Part shown: piece by piece, positions 49,630 through 58,800 of the stretch | Position numbering within the stretch: the first letter of the stretch is position 1 | Layout: each line of letters begins with the position of its first letter | Source: an uncultured Planctomycetaceae bacterium | GTDB lineage: Bacteria; Planctomycetota; Phycisphaerae; SM23-33 | Reading direction: 5' to 3' | DNA: 64,000 bases | NCBI GenBank assembly: GCA_964642855.1 | Contig: CAZXSK010000010.1 | Coordinates: forward strand, 3,711 to 67,710 | The notes under the pieces: model-generated | The model's input: the letters and a program-made list of their open reading frames with translations, nothing else | Databases searched by the model: none | What the model was told of the DNA's origin: nothing | Made by a program: the position numbers and the translations under genes

Positions 49630-51060
49630 TCAGTCTTCGCATTCCAGCCAACGCACGATCCGATCGGCGATATTCCACACGTTCCCTGCCCCCATCGTCA
49701 CGCACAGGTCACCCGGGGCAAGCGAATCCTCCAGACGCTCAACGATCTCGTCGAACGTCTCGACGTAGCTGGCGGCTCCGCCATGCAGACGGATCTGCGC
49801 GACGAGGTCCTCACTGGAAATGTAATCCTTCTCCCTGTCCGAGTCCCGCACAAAATAGATGTCGGGCACAATGACCTCATCAGCCAGGGCAAAACTGCGC
49901 GCGAAGTCCTTCAGAAGGAATCGCGTCCTGCTGTGCTGGTGAGGCTGGAATACACACCGGACCCGCCGGGGTTGATAGAAGTCACGAAGGGCCCGTAACG
50001 TGGCCTGGACCTCTGTGGGATGGTGCGCGAAGTCATCGACAACCGTAATGCCCCCGACCTGGCCTTTGAGTGTCATCCGGCGGCGAGGTCCGGTGTAGTT
50101 GCCCAGGATCGTCACAATCCGCTCGGGCTCAATACCCGCATGGTGCAGAAGCCCCACCGCCGCCAGCGAGTTGTACGCGTTGTGAAGGCCCGGCAGTGGA
50201 ACTGCCAGGTGAGCGTAATGCTGCCCACCCTTCTCGATGTCCATCCGCAGGCGACCTCGGTCAGACGTCAGGTTCACACCCCGCCAGTGGCAATCCTCGG
50301 CGAAGCCAAACGTCTCCACCTCGCAACTGGCCGTACGAACTGCCTCGATCGCGCTGCGGTCCTCTCCGTTGACCACCAGCACACCGGCAGGATCCATGCG
50401 TGCCGCGAAGGCTCGGAACGCCTCGATAATCGCCGACAGGTCGGCGTAGCAATCCAGATGGTCCTCCTCCACGTTCAGGATGCCGGCGTAAAGCGGGCGG
50501 AGGTTCAGGAAGCTCCGATCGTACTCGCACGCTTCGGCTACGAAATAGCGCCCTTCGCCGACGCCGCTGGGCCCGCCGAGTTGCTCAACGGTCGCACCGA
50601 CGACATAGCTCGGGTCGGTTCCCGCGCGGTCCAGAACGAAGGCCACCATTCCTGAGGTCGTGCTCTTGCCATGCGTTCCCGCCACCGCAATACCCACACG
50701 CTGGGCCATCAGCCGCCCGAGCATTTCCGAATACTTCAGAACCTCCACGCCCCGATCGATCGCCGCGACGAGTTCGGGGTTCTCCCCATGGATGGCAGCG
50801 GAGTAGACCACCAGATCGACCTGATCGGGAATGTTGGAAGGGCACTGGCCGACATGCACATCCACCCCGGAATCGCGAAGCCGCTGGACGGCGGCACTCT
50901 CGGCCATGTCCGAGCCGCTCACCCTCGCCCCATTGGATCGGAGCATGGTCGCGATAGCGCGCATGCCCGACCCGCCGATACCAATAAGATGAATGCGCTT
51001 TCCCGCGAAGGACTCTCCGCCCTGGCGACCGGCTGGTCCGTGCTGACTGCGGGTTTCCAT
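49630..51060 (-). CDS. murC: UDP-N-acetylmuramate--L-alanine ligase
   Basis: IHLIGIGGSGM, GTHGKSTTS, EACEYDRSFL, DDFAHHPTE, FQPH..SRT. Confidence 0.96.
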   Translation of the reverse strand: METRSQHGPAGRQGGESFAGKRIHLIGIGGSGMRAIATMLRSNGARVSGSDMAESAAVQRLRDSGVDVHVGQCPSNIPDQVDLVVYSAAIHGENPELVAAIDRGVEVLKYSEMLGRLMAQRVGIAVAGTHGKSTTSGMVAFVLDRAGTDPSYVVGATVEQLGGPSGVGEGRYFVAEACEYDRSFLNLRPLYAGILNVEEDHLDCYADLSAIIEAFRAFAARMDPAGVLVVNGEDRSAIEAVRTASCEVETFGFAEDCHWRGVNLTSDRGRLRMDIEKGGQHYAHLAVPLPGLHNAYNSLAAVGLLHHAGIEPERIVTILGNYTGPRRRMTLKGQVGGITVVDDFAHHPTEVQATLRALRDFYQPRRVRCVFQPHQHSRTRFLLKDFARSFALADEVIVPDIYFVRDSDREKDYISSEDLVAQIRLHGGAASYVETFDEIVERLEDSLAPGDLCVTMGAGNVWNIADRIVRWLECED

Positions 51061-51210
51061 CGCTTCCGCCTTTCGTCTGTTCGATCGTGCCGGCGCAGAG
51101 AATCCCTGCTCCGCGCCTCTACGTATCCTATCGCCTCTTGACGAGCACGAGCTTTAGCGATTGCCCCGCGACCAACACCCATCCAAGGGATCCGCCGGGG
51201 CATCCTCACT

Positions 51211-52335
51211 CTATCCCGACGACGCGCGGTGACCCTCCACGAGCCAGCGAGCTACTTCCTTGGCCGCTCCCGCCTTTGCCACCCGCCCGGCAGCTTCGTG
51301 CATACCTCCCAGGACGCCGTCGCTATCCAGGATCGGGAGCAGTACCTTCCAGAGTCGGGCCGCATTCTCATCCGGGTCAACGGCGTCGTCGACAAGCACA
51401 ACCCCGCCTGTCTCGACCAGCTCAGCGGCATTGTGTCGTTGCTGCTGATCACGGTGATACGGATAGGGCAGAATGACCGCCGGCGTTCCCGTCACCGCAA
51501 GTTCCGCAGCCGTACCCGCACCGCATCGACAGATCGCCAGATCCGCAGCTTCATAGGCAAGATCCATACGATGGCAGTAGTCCTGCACAACGAGGTGAAT
51601 GCCTCTATCGGTAAATGCTTCTCGCAGGCGAGCCATCTTCTCGCGACGAGTGATCGCCAGCACCTGCCAATGATTCGCGTACTTCGCCAGGTCGCCGGCA
51701 AGGGCAGCAACAGCATTCGTTATCGAATCGGCCGACAGGCTTCCGCCGAACACCAGCAGCGTCCTGTGGTCGGCGCGAAGGCCGAAATGCCCGAGAGCTT
51801 CGTCTTTGGAGGCCCACGCGAAGTTGTGTCGGACCGGGCAACCCACGCTCCGAACCTTGCTGCGGAACACCCCGAACCGCTGGGTCGTAGACTCAAACTG
51901 CGTGAAGATCGTCTCGACATGCCGCGCCAGGAACCGATTGGCAAGGCCGACGACGGCATCGGGATTCAGCAGGCCTGCCCGAATGTTCATTCTGTGGGCC
52001 TGACGGACAATTGGCCCGGCGGCAAAGCCCCCCAGTCCGAGCACGGCCCGGGGGTCGAGGTCCGAGAGCATCTGCCGCGCCTGCTTCCGTGAACGCCGCC
52101 AACGGCGAAGGAACCGTCCCCATCCACCGAAACCGCGCGGCACGGGGACCACAGGCTGAGGGACCATCGCGTGGGGCGTGGTTTCCAGGACCCGCCGGTC
52201 AATCTCGCGATCACTGCACGCGAACACGACCCGCACGCCACGTTCGATCCGAAGCAGTTCGTCAGCCACAGCCAGCCCCGGATACAGATGGCCTCCCGTT
52301 CCGCCCCCCGCGAAGATGTAGATCGCCTCGTGCAT
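51211..52335 (-). CDS. murG: Lipid II N-acetylglucosaminyltransferase MurG
   Basis: GGGTGGHLYPG, GLGGF..GP, GCPVR, FGGSL, CRCGAGT.AEL, QQ..NA. Confidence 0.94.
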   Translation of the reverse strand: MHEAIYIFAGGGTGGHLYPGLAVADELLRIERGVRVVFACSDREIDRRVLETTPHAMVPQPVVPVPRGFGGWGRFLRRWRRSRKQARQMLSDLDPRAVLGLGGFAAGPIVRQAHRMNIRAGLLNPDAVVGLANRFLARHVETIFTQFESTTQRFGVFRSKVRSVGCPVRHNFAWASKDEALGHFGLRADHRTLLVFGGSLSADSITNAVAALAGDLAKYANHWQVLAITRREKMARLREAFTDRGIHLVVQDYCHRMDLAYEAADLAICRCGAGTAAELAVTGTPAVILPYPYHRDQQQRHNAAELVETGGVVLVDDAVDPDENAARLWKVLLPILDSDGVLGGMHEAAGRVAKAGAAKEVARWLVEGHRASSG

Positions 52336-52351
52336 CCGATTTCTGTCCTGA

Positions 52352-53269
52352 TCAGGCCTTGACCTTCAGGCAATAGTCGAAGAATCCGATCGCCTCCAGC
52401 TCCCCACGAAGCGATGTGAGTTCCTGGGAAGAGAAACTCCGTTCGGGCGTTCGGACCGGCCCACAGTCCAGGCCCGCGAGTTTGACCATCGCCTTGCTTG
52501 CCCGCATTCCGCCGTAGCGTTCCATCACCGCGATCATCTCATCGGCGAGTTGCTGACACCTGCGGGCGGTGTGCATTTCACGTTTCTCGAACGCATCGAG
52601 GATCTGCAGGTACAGCCCCGGGGCGAAGTTGTACGTTGTGCCCACGGCACCGCGGGCACCGAGCGCCAGTCCGGCCAGAAGGAACTCGTCGCGACCGAAC
52701 AGCATGTCAAGCCGTCCCTCGTCCAACTGTACGCAACGACCGAAATCCATGAGATCCTCATGGGTGAACTTCGCTCCGACCAGCGTCGGAACAGTCTCTG
52801 CTGCGACGGTGAACAGATCGCGCAGGCAGATGTCCACCCCCGTTCGAGAAGGAATGTGGTAGTAGTACAGTGGCATATCAGGGGCCGCTGCCGATACATG
52901 GGCGATGAACACCACCAACGAGCTGACATCTGCGGGCCTGTGGTAGCTGGGTGGAGCCAGCGCGATCGCCGCTGCACGGTTCTCCGCGGCGTGCCGGGCC
53001 AACGTGCAGGCATCGCCGGCAGCGTTGGCTCCCACGTGGATGATCACGGGGAAGTCTTCTGAGGCCAGTCTCGTCCAGCGTTCCGCCACCCTCATTCGCT
53101 CGTCTACGGTAAGCGAGAGTCCCTCGCCGGTGGTCCCGCATACAAACGCCCCGCGAACGCCGTTCTCCTCCAGTACCTCTCGCTGGTTCTCTAGCGTATC
53201 CAGCGCAAGCTCCCCGGCGGCGCTCATGGGTGTGTGAACAGCTGCGATCAGTCCGGTCCGTCGCTTCAT
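52352..53269 (-). CDS. N-acetylneuraminate lyase / DHDPS-family class I aldolase
   Basis: GTTGEG, YYYHIP catalytic Tyr, AKFT Schiff-base Lys, LFGRDE, GAVGTTYN. Confidence 0.88.
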   Translation of the reverse strand: MKRRTGLIAAVHTPMSAAGELALDTLENQREVLEENGVRGAFVCGTTGEGLSLTVDERMRVAERWTRLASEDFPVIIHVGANAAGDACTLARHAAENRAAAIALAPPSYHRPADVSSLVVFIAHVSAAAPDMPLYYYHIPSRTGVDICLRDLFTVAAETVPTLVGAKFTHEDLMDFGRCVQLDEGRLDMLFGRDEFLLAGLALGARGAVGTTYNFAPGLYLQILDAFEKREMHTARRCQQLADEMIAVMERYGGMRASKAMVKLAGLDCGPVRTPERSFSSQELTSLRGELEAIGFFDYCLKVKA

Positions 53270-53366
53270 GGTCGCTCCTGCACGAGTGTCGACACTCACC
53301 CCTCGGGTAAGCATACATCGAACCCACTGGACGGACAGCAGGAAATGGTGCTGCCCCGCCTGCTGA

Positions 53367-54542
53367 TCAGTCAACCTGCAGCGAGTCCGGATCGGGACGG
53401 GCCGAAACCGACACGATCAACGCCGTCGCGCCCGCCATCATGATCAGCAACGTTCCGCCAGCCGAGATGAACGGGAACTGGATGCCCGTGGGAGGAAGCA
53501 CGCACAGGACGACAGCTACGTGCAGCACGGCTTGGAGTGCAATCAGGAACCCCAGCGATCCGGCGAGTACAGCCCCGAACCGGTCACCCGCCTTCGCCGC
53601 GGCCGAGCGAGCGCAGAAGATCCACACCAGCAACAGGCCCATCAATGTGGCGGCCCCGACAAAGCCCCACTCCTCGCAGAATACGGCGAAGATGAAGTCG
53701 GTGCTGTCCTCAGGTAAGAATCCCAGCTTGCGTGTGCCGTTTCCCAAACCGCATCCCAGCCAGCCTCCCTTCGCCAGTGCGATAAGCGATTGTCCAGCCT
53801 GGTACGAAGAATGGTTGTCCTGTGACCATGGGTCCAGCATGGCCATGATGCGCGCCCATCGATGGGGGCTGCGGTAGACCAGAAAGTAGAATCCCGCCGC
53901 GGCGGGGGGAAGATATGACATCAGGTACAACAAGGGCACCCTGGCCATCCACATGGCTACGCAGGCAACTGCGCCGATGATCACGCCCGTGCCGAAGTCT
54001 TCCTTGATCACCACACCGACGCAAACAGCGGCACTCAGAGAAGCGGGAAGAAACGTACGAAGGAAATCTTTCTTGTTTGTCGAGTCCCGCGACAGCCATG
54101 CCGACAGGAACACCACCAGTGTCAGCTTGACCAACTCTGAAGGCTGAAAGCCGATACTCACCCCCGCGACGGTCGCGCGAAGCCACCGGCGAGCTCCGTT
54201 GATCTCCTTCCCAATTCCGGGCACATAGACCAAGGCAGCGCAGCCTACGGCCAGCACCAGACCCACAAGGGGAATCCAGGGCAGGCGTTTACCCCAATTG
54301 AGCTTCCGATAGTCCAGCCGCCAGCTAAGAAGAAACACCAAAGCGGCAACTCCCGCGAAGACTGTGTTGCGCATGTCGACTCGCTGATACCAGCGGGCGG
54401 GAACCGACGCCACCGACGCCAGCGCGCTATGAACCATCACCACGCCAATGCCAAGCAGCACAAGCGTCGTAAGAATCAGTGCCTGCCCCGCCGGATTGCT
54501 CCGCAGGGCAAGCGTCAGGTTCGGCGTTGGCCTCCGTGCCAT
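53367..54542 (-). CDS. ftsW: Peptidoglycan glycosyltransferase FtsW (SEDS family)
   Basis: NGARRW, FQPSELVK, EDFGT, YQ..QSL.A...GG..G.GLG, FLPE..TDFIFA...EE.G, P.TG...PF.S.GG. Confidence 0.93.
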   Translation of the reverse strand: MARRPTPNLTLALRSNPAGQALILTTLVLLGIGVVMVHSALASVASVPARWYQRVDMRNTVFAGVAALVFLLSWRLDYRKLNWGKRLPWIPLVGLVLAVGCAALVYVPGIGKEINGARRWLRATVAGVSIGFQPSELVKLTLVVFLSAWLSRDSTNKKDFLRTFLPASLSAAVCVGVVIKEDFGTGVIIGAVACVAMWMARVPLLYLMSYLPPAAAGFYFLVYRSPHRWARIMAMLDPWSQDNHSSYQAGQSLIALAKGGWLGCGLGNGTRKLGFLPEDSTDFIFAVFCEEWGFVGAATLMGLLLVWIFCARSAAAKAGDRFGAVLAGSLGFLIALQAVLHVAVVLCVLPPTGIQFPFISAGGTLLIMMAGATALIVSVSARPDPDSLQVD

Positions 54543-54605
54543 GGTCCTTCTTCTGTATCGTCAGCGGCAGGGATTTCTCTCCACCGCATCAACTCTTTCG
54601 TTCCT

Positions 54606-54635
54606 GTCCGCCTTCGACCGGTCCGCCTTCGACCG
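54606..54635. repeat. 15-bp perfect tandem repeat
   Basis: GTCCGCCTTCGACCG x2 in the mraY-ftsW spacer. Confidence 0.85.
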
Positions 54636-54641
54636 GACGCC

Positions 54642-55766
54642 CTAGCTCTTGAGCTTAAGCGTCGCCAGAGCGATGGCTGCAAATGCGATGCTCAGCAACC
54701 AGAACCTTGTAACCACCTTATTCTCCGCCCAGCCTCCCAGATGGAAATGATGGTGAAGTGGTGCACAGCGGAAGATCCGCTTGCCGCCGATTCCACCCGG
54801 CCCCTTGGTGAGTTTGTAGTAGCCCACCTGCAAAATCACGCTGACAGCCTCCATCACAAATACCCCTCCAGCGATGAACAGCAGGCACTCCTGACGGGTC
54901 ACCACGGCGATGAATCCCAGCAGGCCTCCCAATGGCAGGGATCCGGTATCGCCCATGAACACCTGGGCCGGGTTGGCGTTGTACCACAGAAAACCAAGGC
55001 ATCCTCCGAGCATGGCCCCGCACAAGATCGTCATCTCTGCTGATCCCGCCACGAAAGGCATATCGAAAAAAGCCGCCCAGGCTCGAACACCTACGATCCA
55101 CGCGAGAAGAAGGAATACCATCGAGACGATGCCCAGGCACCCCGCTGCCAAGCCGTCCATCCCATCGGTCAGATTCACCGCATTGGACGAACCGACCATC
55201 ACAAGCACCACGGAAATCATGTACATCCACTTGCTCAGGGCAATCGGTTCAGCGAGGAACGGCAGGTAGAATCCATGCGCCGGGTTGATGAGCTCCTGCC
55301 CTTCGTACACATGAGACGCCCCACCGTATTTGTACATGAACGGACTGAGCACGATTGCCACGCCGATCTGGAACAGCAATTTCTCCCAACTCTTCAAGCC
55401 ATCGCGCGTTCCTTTACCCGCCTGATGCCGCAACTTCAGCCAGTCGTCCAGTCCCCCAAGCGTCCCAAGCCAGATCAGTGCGAGCACGCCCATGCGGATG
55501 TACATGTTGTAGAGGTCCGCGAACAACAACACTGACACGAGCATCGCGGGAACGATCAGGACCCCGCCCATTGTGGGCGTATTGGACTTGTGGCGAGTCA
55601 GTTCATTGAGGTCTGCATGGTCGAACTCAGGTCGATCTCCGAGTTTCATCTTGATCAGAACACGAATCAGCCTTGGCGCGAAGATCATTACCAGGGCGAA
55701 AGATACAACCGCCGCTCCCGTGATACGTAACAGCAGGTGCTTGCCGCCCAGTACCCAGTAGATCAC
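54642..55766 (-). CDS. mraY: Phospho-N-acetylmuramoyl-pentapeptide transferase
   Basis: K..TPTMGG, G.LDD, SNAVNLTDG.DGLA, FMGDTGS, APLHHHF. Confidence 0.96.
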   Translation of the reverse strand: MIYWVLGGKHLLLRITGAAVVSFALVMIFAPRLIRVLIKMKLGDRPEFDHADLNELTRHKSNTPTMGGVLIVPAMLVSVLLFADLYNMYIRMGVLALIWLGTLGGLDDWLKLRHQAGKGTRDGLKSWEKLLFQIGVAIVLSPFMYKYGGASHVYEGQELINPAHGFYLPFLAEPIALSKWMYMISVVLVMVGSSNAVNLTDGMDGLAAGCLGIVSMVFLLLAWIVGVRAWAAFFDMPFVAGSAEMTILCGAMLGGCLGFLWYNANPAQVFMGDTGSLPLGGLLGFIAVVTRQECLLFIAGGVFVMEAVSVILQVGYYKLTKGPGGIGGKRIFRCAPLHHHFHLGGWAENKVVTRFWLLSIAFAAIALATLKLKS

Positions 55767-57190
55767 GCGTGCGTCCCCTCCTCGCCTCGCTGGTCTCCCC
55801 GCTGAGTATCCTCTGCGCCCATCTCGCTGGCGATCGCCCGGACAACCCGCTCCATTCGCATGGAACGGGAGCCTTTCACCAGCACCAGGTCACCGGGCCT
55901 CAGCCAATCGCACACGTCGTCCATGACCTGCTCCACCGTCAAGTAGGTCCGTGTCTGCTGGTCCTCTTTCGCTGCTCCCTCCGCCAACTTCACCCCCAAC
56001 TCACCGACCCCGATGACCAGATCCAGCCCGCGCCGGGCTACGTCAAGCCCGGTCTCCAAGTGCAACTGCTCCGCCTGGTCGCCGAGTTCGCACATATCTC
56101 CGGCTATGAGCACCCGGCGTTTCGCGTCGTTGTCGACCAGCACATCCGCCGCGGCGACCATGCTGGCGGGGTTGGCGTTGTAGGCGTCGTTGATCACGGT
56201 CACCTCACCGGCATCGGTCCACTCCAGCCGCATTGCTTCGCCGGTGAAATCCGCCAGTGCCTCGGCGGCTTCGTCCTGAGAGAACCCAAACCGCTGGGCA
56301 ACGGCAATAGCCGCCAGCGCATTGAGTGCGTTATGATGCCCGGCAACGGGAAGGTCTGCCCAGAGGCGATTGTTGACCTCAAACCGCACGCCTCGTCCGG
56401 ATGGTTCGTAGCCGGTCAGACGAATGTCGGCTTCCTCAGCCTCGCCGAAAAGGATCACCCGCTCACGGTAGGCTCCCAAGCTGCGACGAAGCACATCGCT
56501 GTCCGCCGTGACGACTGCCATGCCGCGCTGCCGGAGTCGCCCCAACAACGATGCCTTCTCACTGGCGACACGATCCACGCTGCCCAGCCCCTCCAGGTGC
56601 GTCGCCGAGCAGGACGTAATCACAGCCACGTTCGGCTCGCACGCAGCAGCAAGTCTGGAGATCTCGCCCGGGGCGCTCGTGCCCAGTTCGACGACCACGT
56701 AATCATCACTCAGACCGGCATCCAGCAAGGTCAATGGGACGCCGATCCGGTTGTTGTAGCTCATCGGGCTGCACGAGCCCTTGAGTTTCTTGCCGAGGAC
56801 ATGATGGATCATCCGCTTGACCGTGGTCTTGCCATTGGAACCGGTCACCGCAACGACGTCGGCAGAACCCGCTTTGCGGTTGGCCGCCCCCAGTTCCATC
56901 AGTGCCTGGTGAGTGTCCAACACCCCGATGATCCCGCCATAAAAGAGGCAGGACACTTCATCGGGCACCTTTACGTCCCGACGAATCACCGCCGCTACGC
57001 ACCCCTTCTCGCCGGCCTCCCGCAGGAAGTTGTGGCCATCGAAGTGCTCGCCGGGAATCGCAACGAACAGGTCACCGTCCCTTGCGGTTCTGCTGTCGAT
57101 GCTCACATTGCCCACCATCAGGTCCCCGCCGGAGCTTAATCGCCACCCGCGGACCACCTTCCGGATTTCTTCCATCGTCAGGGGCTTCAT
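55763..57190 (-). CDS. murF: UDP-MurNAc-tripeptide--D-Ala-D-Ala ligase
   Basis: IDSR, DGH.F, TGSNGKTTVK, NN.IGVP.TLL, INDAYNANP.S, GDM.ELG, KGSR. Confidence 0.95.
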   Translation of the reverse strand: MKPLTMEEIRKVVRGWRLSSGGDLMVGNVSIDSRTARDGDLFVAIPGEHFDGHNFLREAGEKGCVAAVIRRDVKVPDEVSCLFYGGIIGVLDTHQALMELGAANRKAGSADVVAVTGSNGKTTVKRMIHHVLGKKLKGSCSPMSYNNRIGVPLTLLDAGLSDDYVVVELGTSAPGEISRLAAACEPNVAVITSCSATHLEGLGSVDRVASEKASLLGRLRQRGMAVVTADSDVLRRSLGAYRERVILFGEAEEADIRLTGYEPSGRGVRFEVNNRLWADLPVAGHHNALNALAAIAVAQRFGFSQDEAAEALADFTGEAMRLEWTDAGEVTVINDAYNANPASMVAAADVLVDNDAKRRVLIAGDMCELGDQAEQLHLETGLDVARRGLDLVIGVGELGVKLAEGAAKEDQQTRTYLTVEQVMDDVCDWLRPGDLVLVKGSRSMRMERVVRAIASEMGAEDTQRGDQRGEEGTHA

Positions 57191-58656
57191 GCCCGCTCCT
57201 CTCGCTGCTGCAATGCCTCAGACGCTACGGCTACGTCGTCGAAGTCGCTCCACTCGTCGCCCACCACCTGGTAGGTTTCGTGGCCCTTGCCGGCGATCAG
57301 CACAACGTCGCCGTCTTCGGCCATGGCCACGGCATGGGCGATCGCCTGGCCTCGATCGACAAGCACATCGGACCGCGTTCTGCCGTCGGAGTCCAATCCG
57401 CCGACGATTTCTCCGATGATCACGCGAGGATCCTCGCTGCGCGGGTTATCGCTGGTAATCACCAGCCGGTCAGCAAGATCCTCGGCCACCTGCGCCATCC
57501 TTGGCCTCTTCGTGCGGTCACGGTCGCCTCCGCATCCGAACACCACGATCAGCCGTCCCCGGGTAACCGGCCTCAAAGACCGCAGCACATTCCGCAGCGC
57601 ATCGTCGGTGTGGGCATAGTCCACGAACACGTCGAAGCCGGCGTCATTGTGCACGCGCTCAAGCCGCCCGGCTACGCAGGAAACGTTGGCCAGGGAGTCG
57701 GCGATAGTCTCAAGGCCCACCCCGAGGGCAAGGGACGCACCACTGGCAGCGAGGGCATTGTACACATTGTGACGGCCGATCAAGGGCGTAACCACCCGGA
57801 CCTCACCGAGAGGCGTCACCAGATCCAGTTTGCTTCCGGTGGCATCCATCCCGTGGACTCGCCCGCGAACCTGTGAAAGCGGATTCAGACCGTACCAGCT
57901 TATCTCCGCAGGGGTGGCCTGCGCGATGGCTTCACCAGCCGGATCGTCACGGTTGATTACCGCCGCGGCCCGAGGCGACAGACGTTCGAAAAGGAGCCGC
58001 TTGGCCCCAAGGTAGTTCTCCATCGTCTCGTGGTAATCCAGATGGTCGCCCGAGAGGTTGGTGAATACCCCAACGTCGAAACCCACGCCAGCCGTTCGGT
58101 CCTGATGCAGAGCATGGGACGAAGCTTCCATTACGAGATGTGTCCTGCCCGTCCGGACCATCTCATCGCACAACTCCGCCAGAGATACTGGATCCGGGGT
58201 GGTCGTCCCCGCCGGACGGACTCGAGCGCCCGTGTCGTAGCGAATAGTTCCCAGAAGCCCGACCCGGTGGCCTGCTCCCTCCAGGATGGCACGAACCAGG
58301 TGAGCGACCGTAGTCTTGCCGTTGGTTCCCGTGATGCCGACGCACGTGAGCTTCCGCGAAGGCCAGCCAAGAATGGCCTGCGCCAGTTTACCGCATGCCG
58401 ATCGGGAATCGGCCACGATTGCGTGCGGCACGCCCTCCGGCACTCGCGATGGATCCTCACATGCGACCGCCGCCGCGCCGCCCTCAATGGCGGCTTCGAT
58501 GAACTCGTGCCCGTCTCGGGCCCACCCTCGAACCGCCACGAAGCACGATCCTGCCCTGCACGCGCGCGAATCGATCACAACGTCCGAGACGTCGGCGTCT
58601 CCGGAGAGTTCGGCGGGAGTCAGGCCCGCCTGCTGAAGCAACTGGGAAAGCCGCAT
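57187..58656 (-). CDS. murE: UDP-MurNAc-dipeptide--meso-DAP ligase
   Basis: GITGTNGKTT, TTPD, MEASSHAL.Q.R, DYAHT.DA, GCGGDRD..KR, DNPR (meso-DAP specificity motif), GKGHE.YQ. Confidence 0.96.
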   Translation of the reverse strand: MRLSQLLQQAGLTPAELSGDADVSDVVIDSRACRAGSCFVAVRGWARDGHEFIEAAIEGGAAAVACEDPSRVPEGVPHAIVADSRSACGKLAQAILGWPSRKLTCVGITGTNGKTTVAHLVRAILEGAGHRVGLLGTIRYDTGARVRPAGTTTPDPVSLAELCDEMVRTGRTHLVMEASSHALHQDRTAGVGFDVGVFTNLSGDHLDYHETMENYLGAKRLLFERLSPRAAAVINRDDPAGEAIAQATPAEISWYGLNPLSQVRGRVHGMDATGSKLDLVTPLGEVRVVTPLIGRHNVYNALAASGASLALGVGLETIADSLANVSCVAGRLERVHNDAGFDVFVDYAHTDDALRNVLRSLRPVTRGRLIVVFGCGGDRDRTKRPRMAQVAEDLADRLVITSDNPRSEDPRVIIGEIVGGLDSDGRTRSDVLVDRGQAIAHAVAMAEDGDVVLIAGKGHETYQVVGDEWSDFDDVAVASEALQQREERA

Positions 58657-58800
58657 CACCACATCCCGTCTACGCCAGGAACCACGCGAGAGCGGGTAAT
58701 CATATCGCCGTCCGGGGCCGTCGTGGACCGTCCACGACGGACCCCGGACCAACGCTGGGTTCCAACATACCACGTTCCGCGCCCCAGAGGAGGGCCTGCC

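Noticed and set aside
48323-49768. 481-aa plus-strand ORF across ddl/murB
   Set aside because: Antisense shadow of conserved dcw genes.
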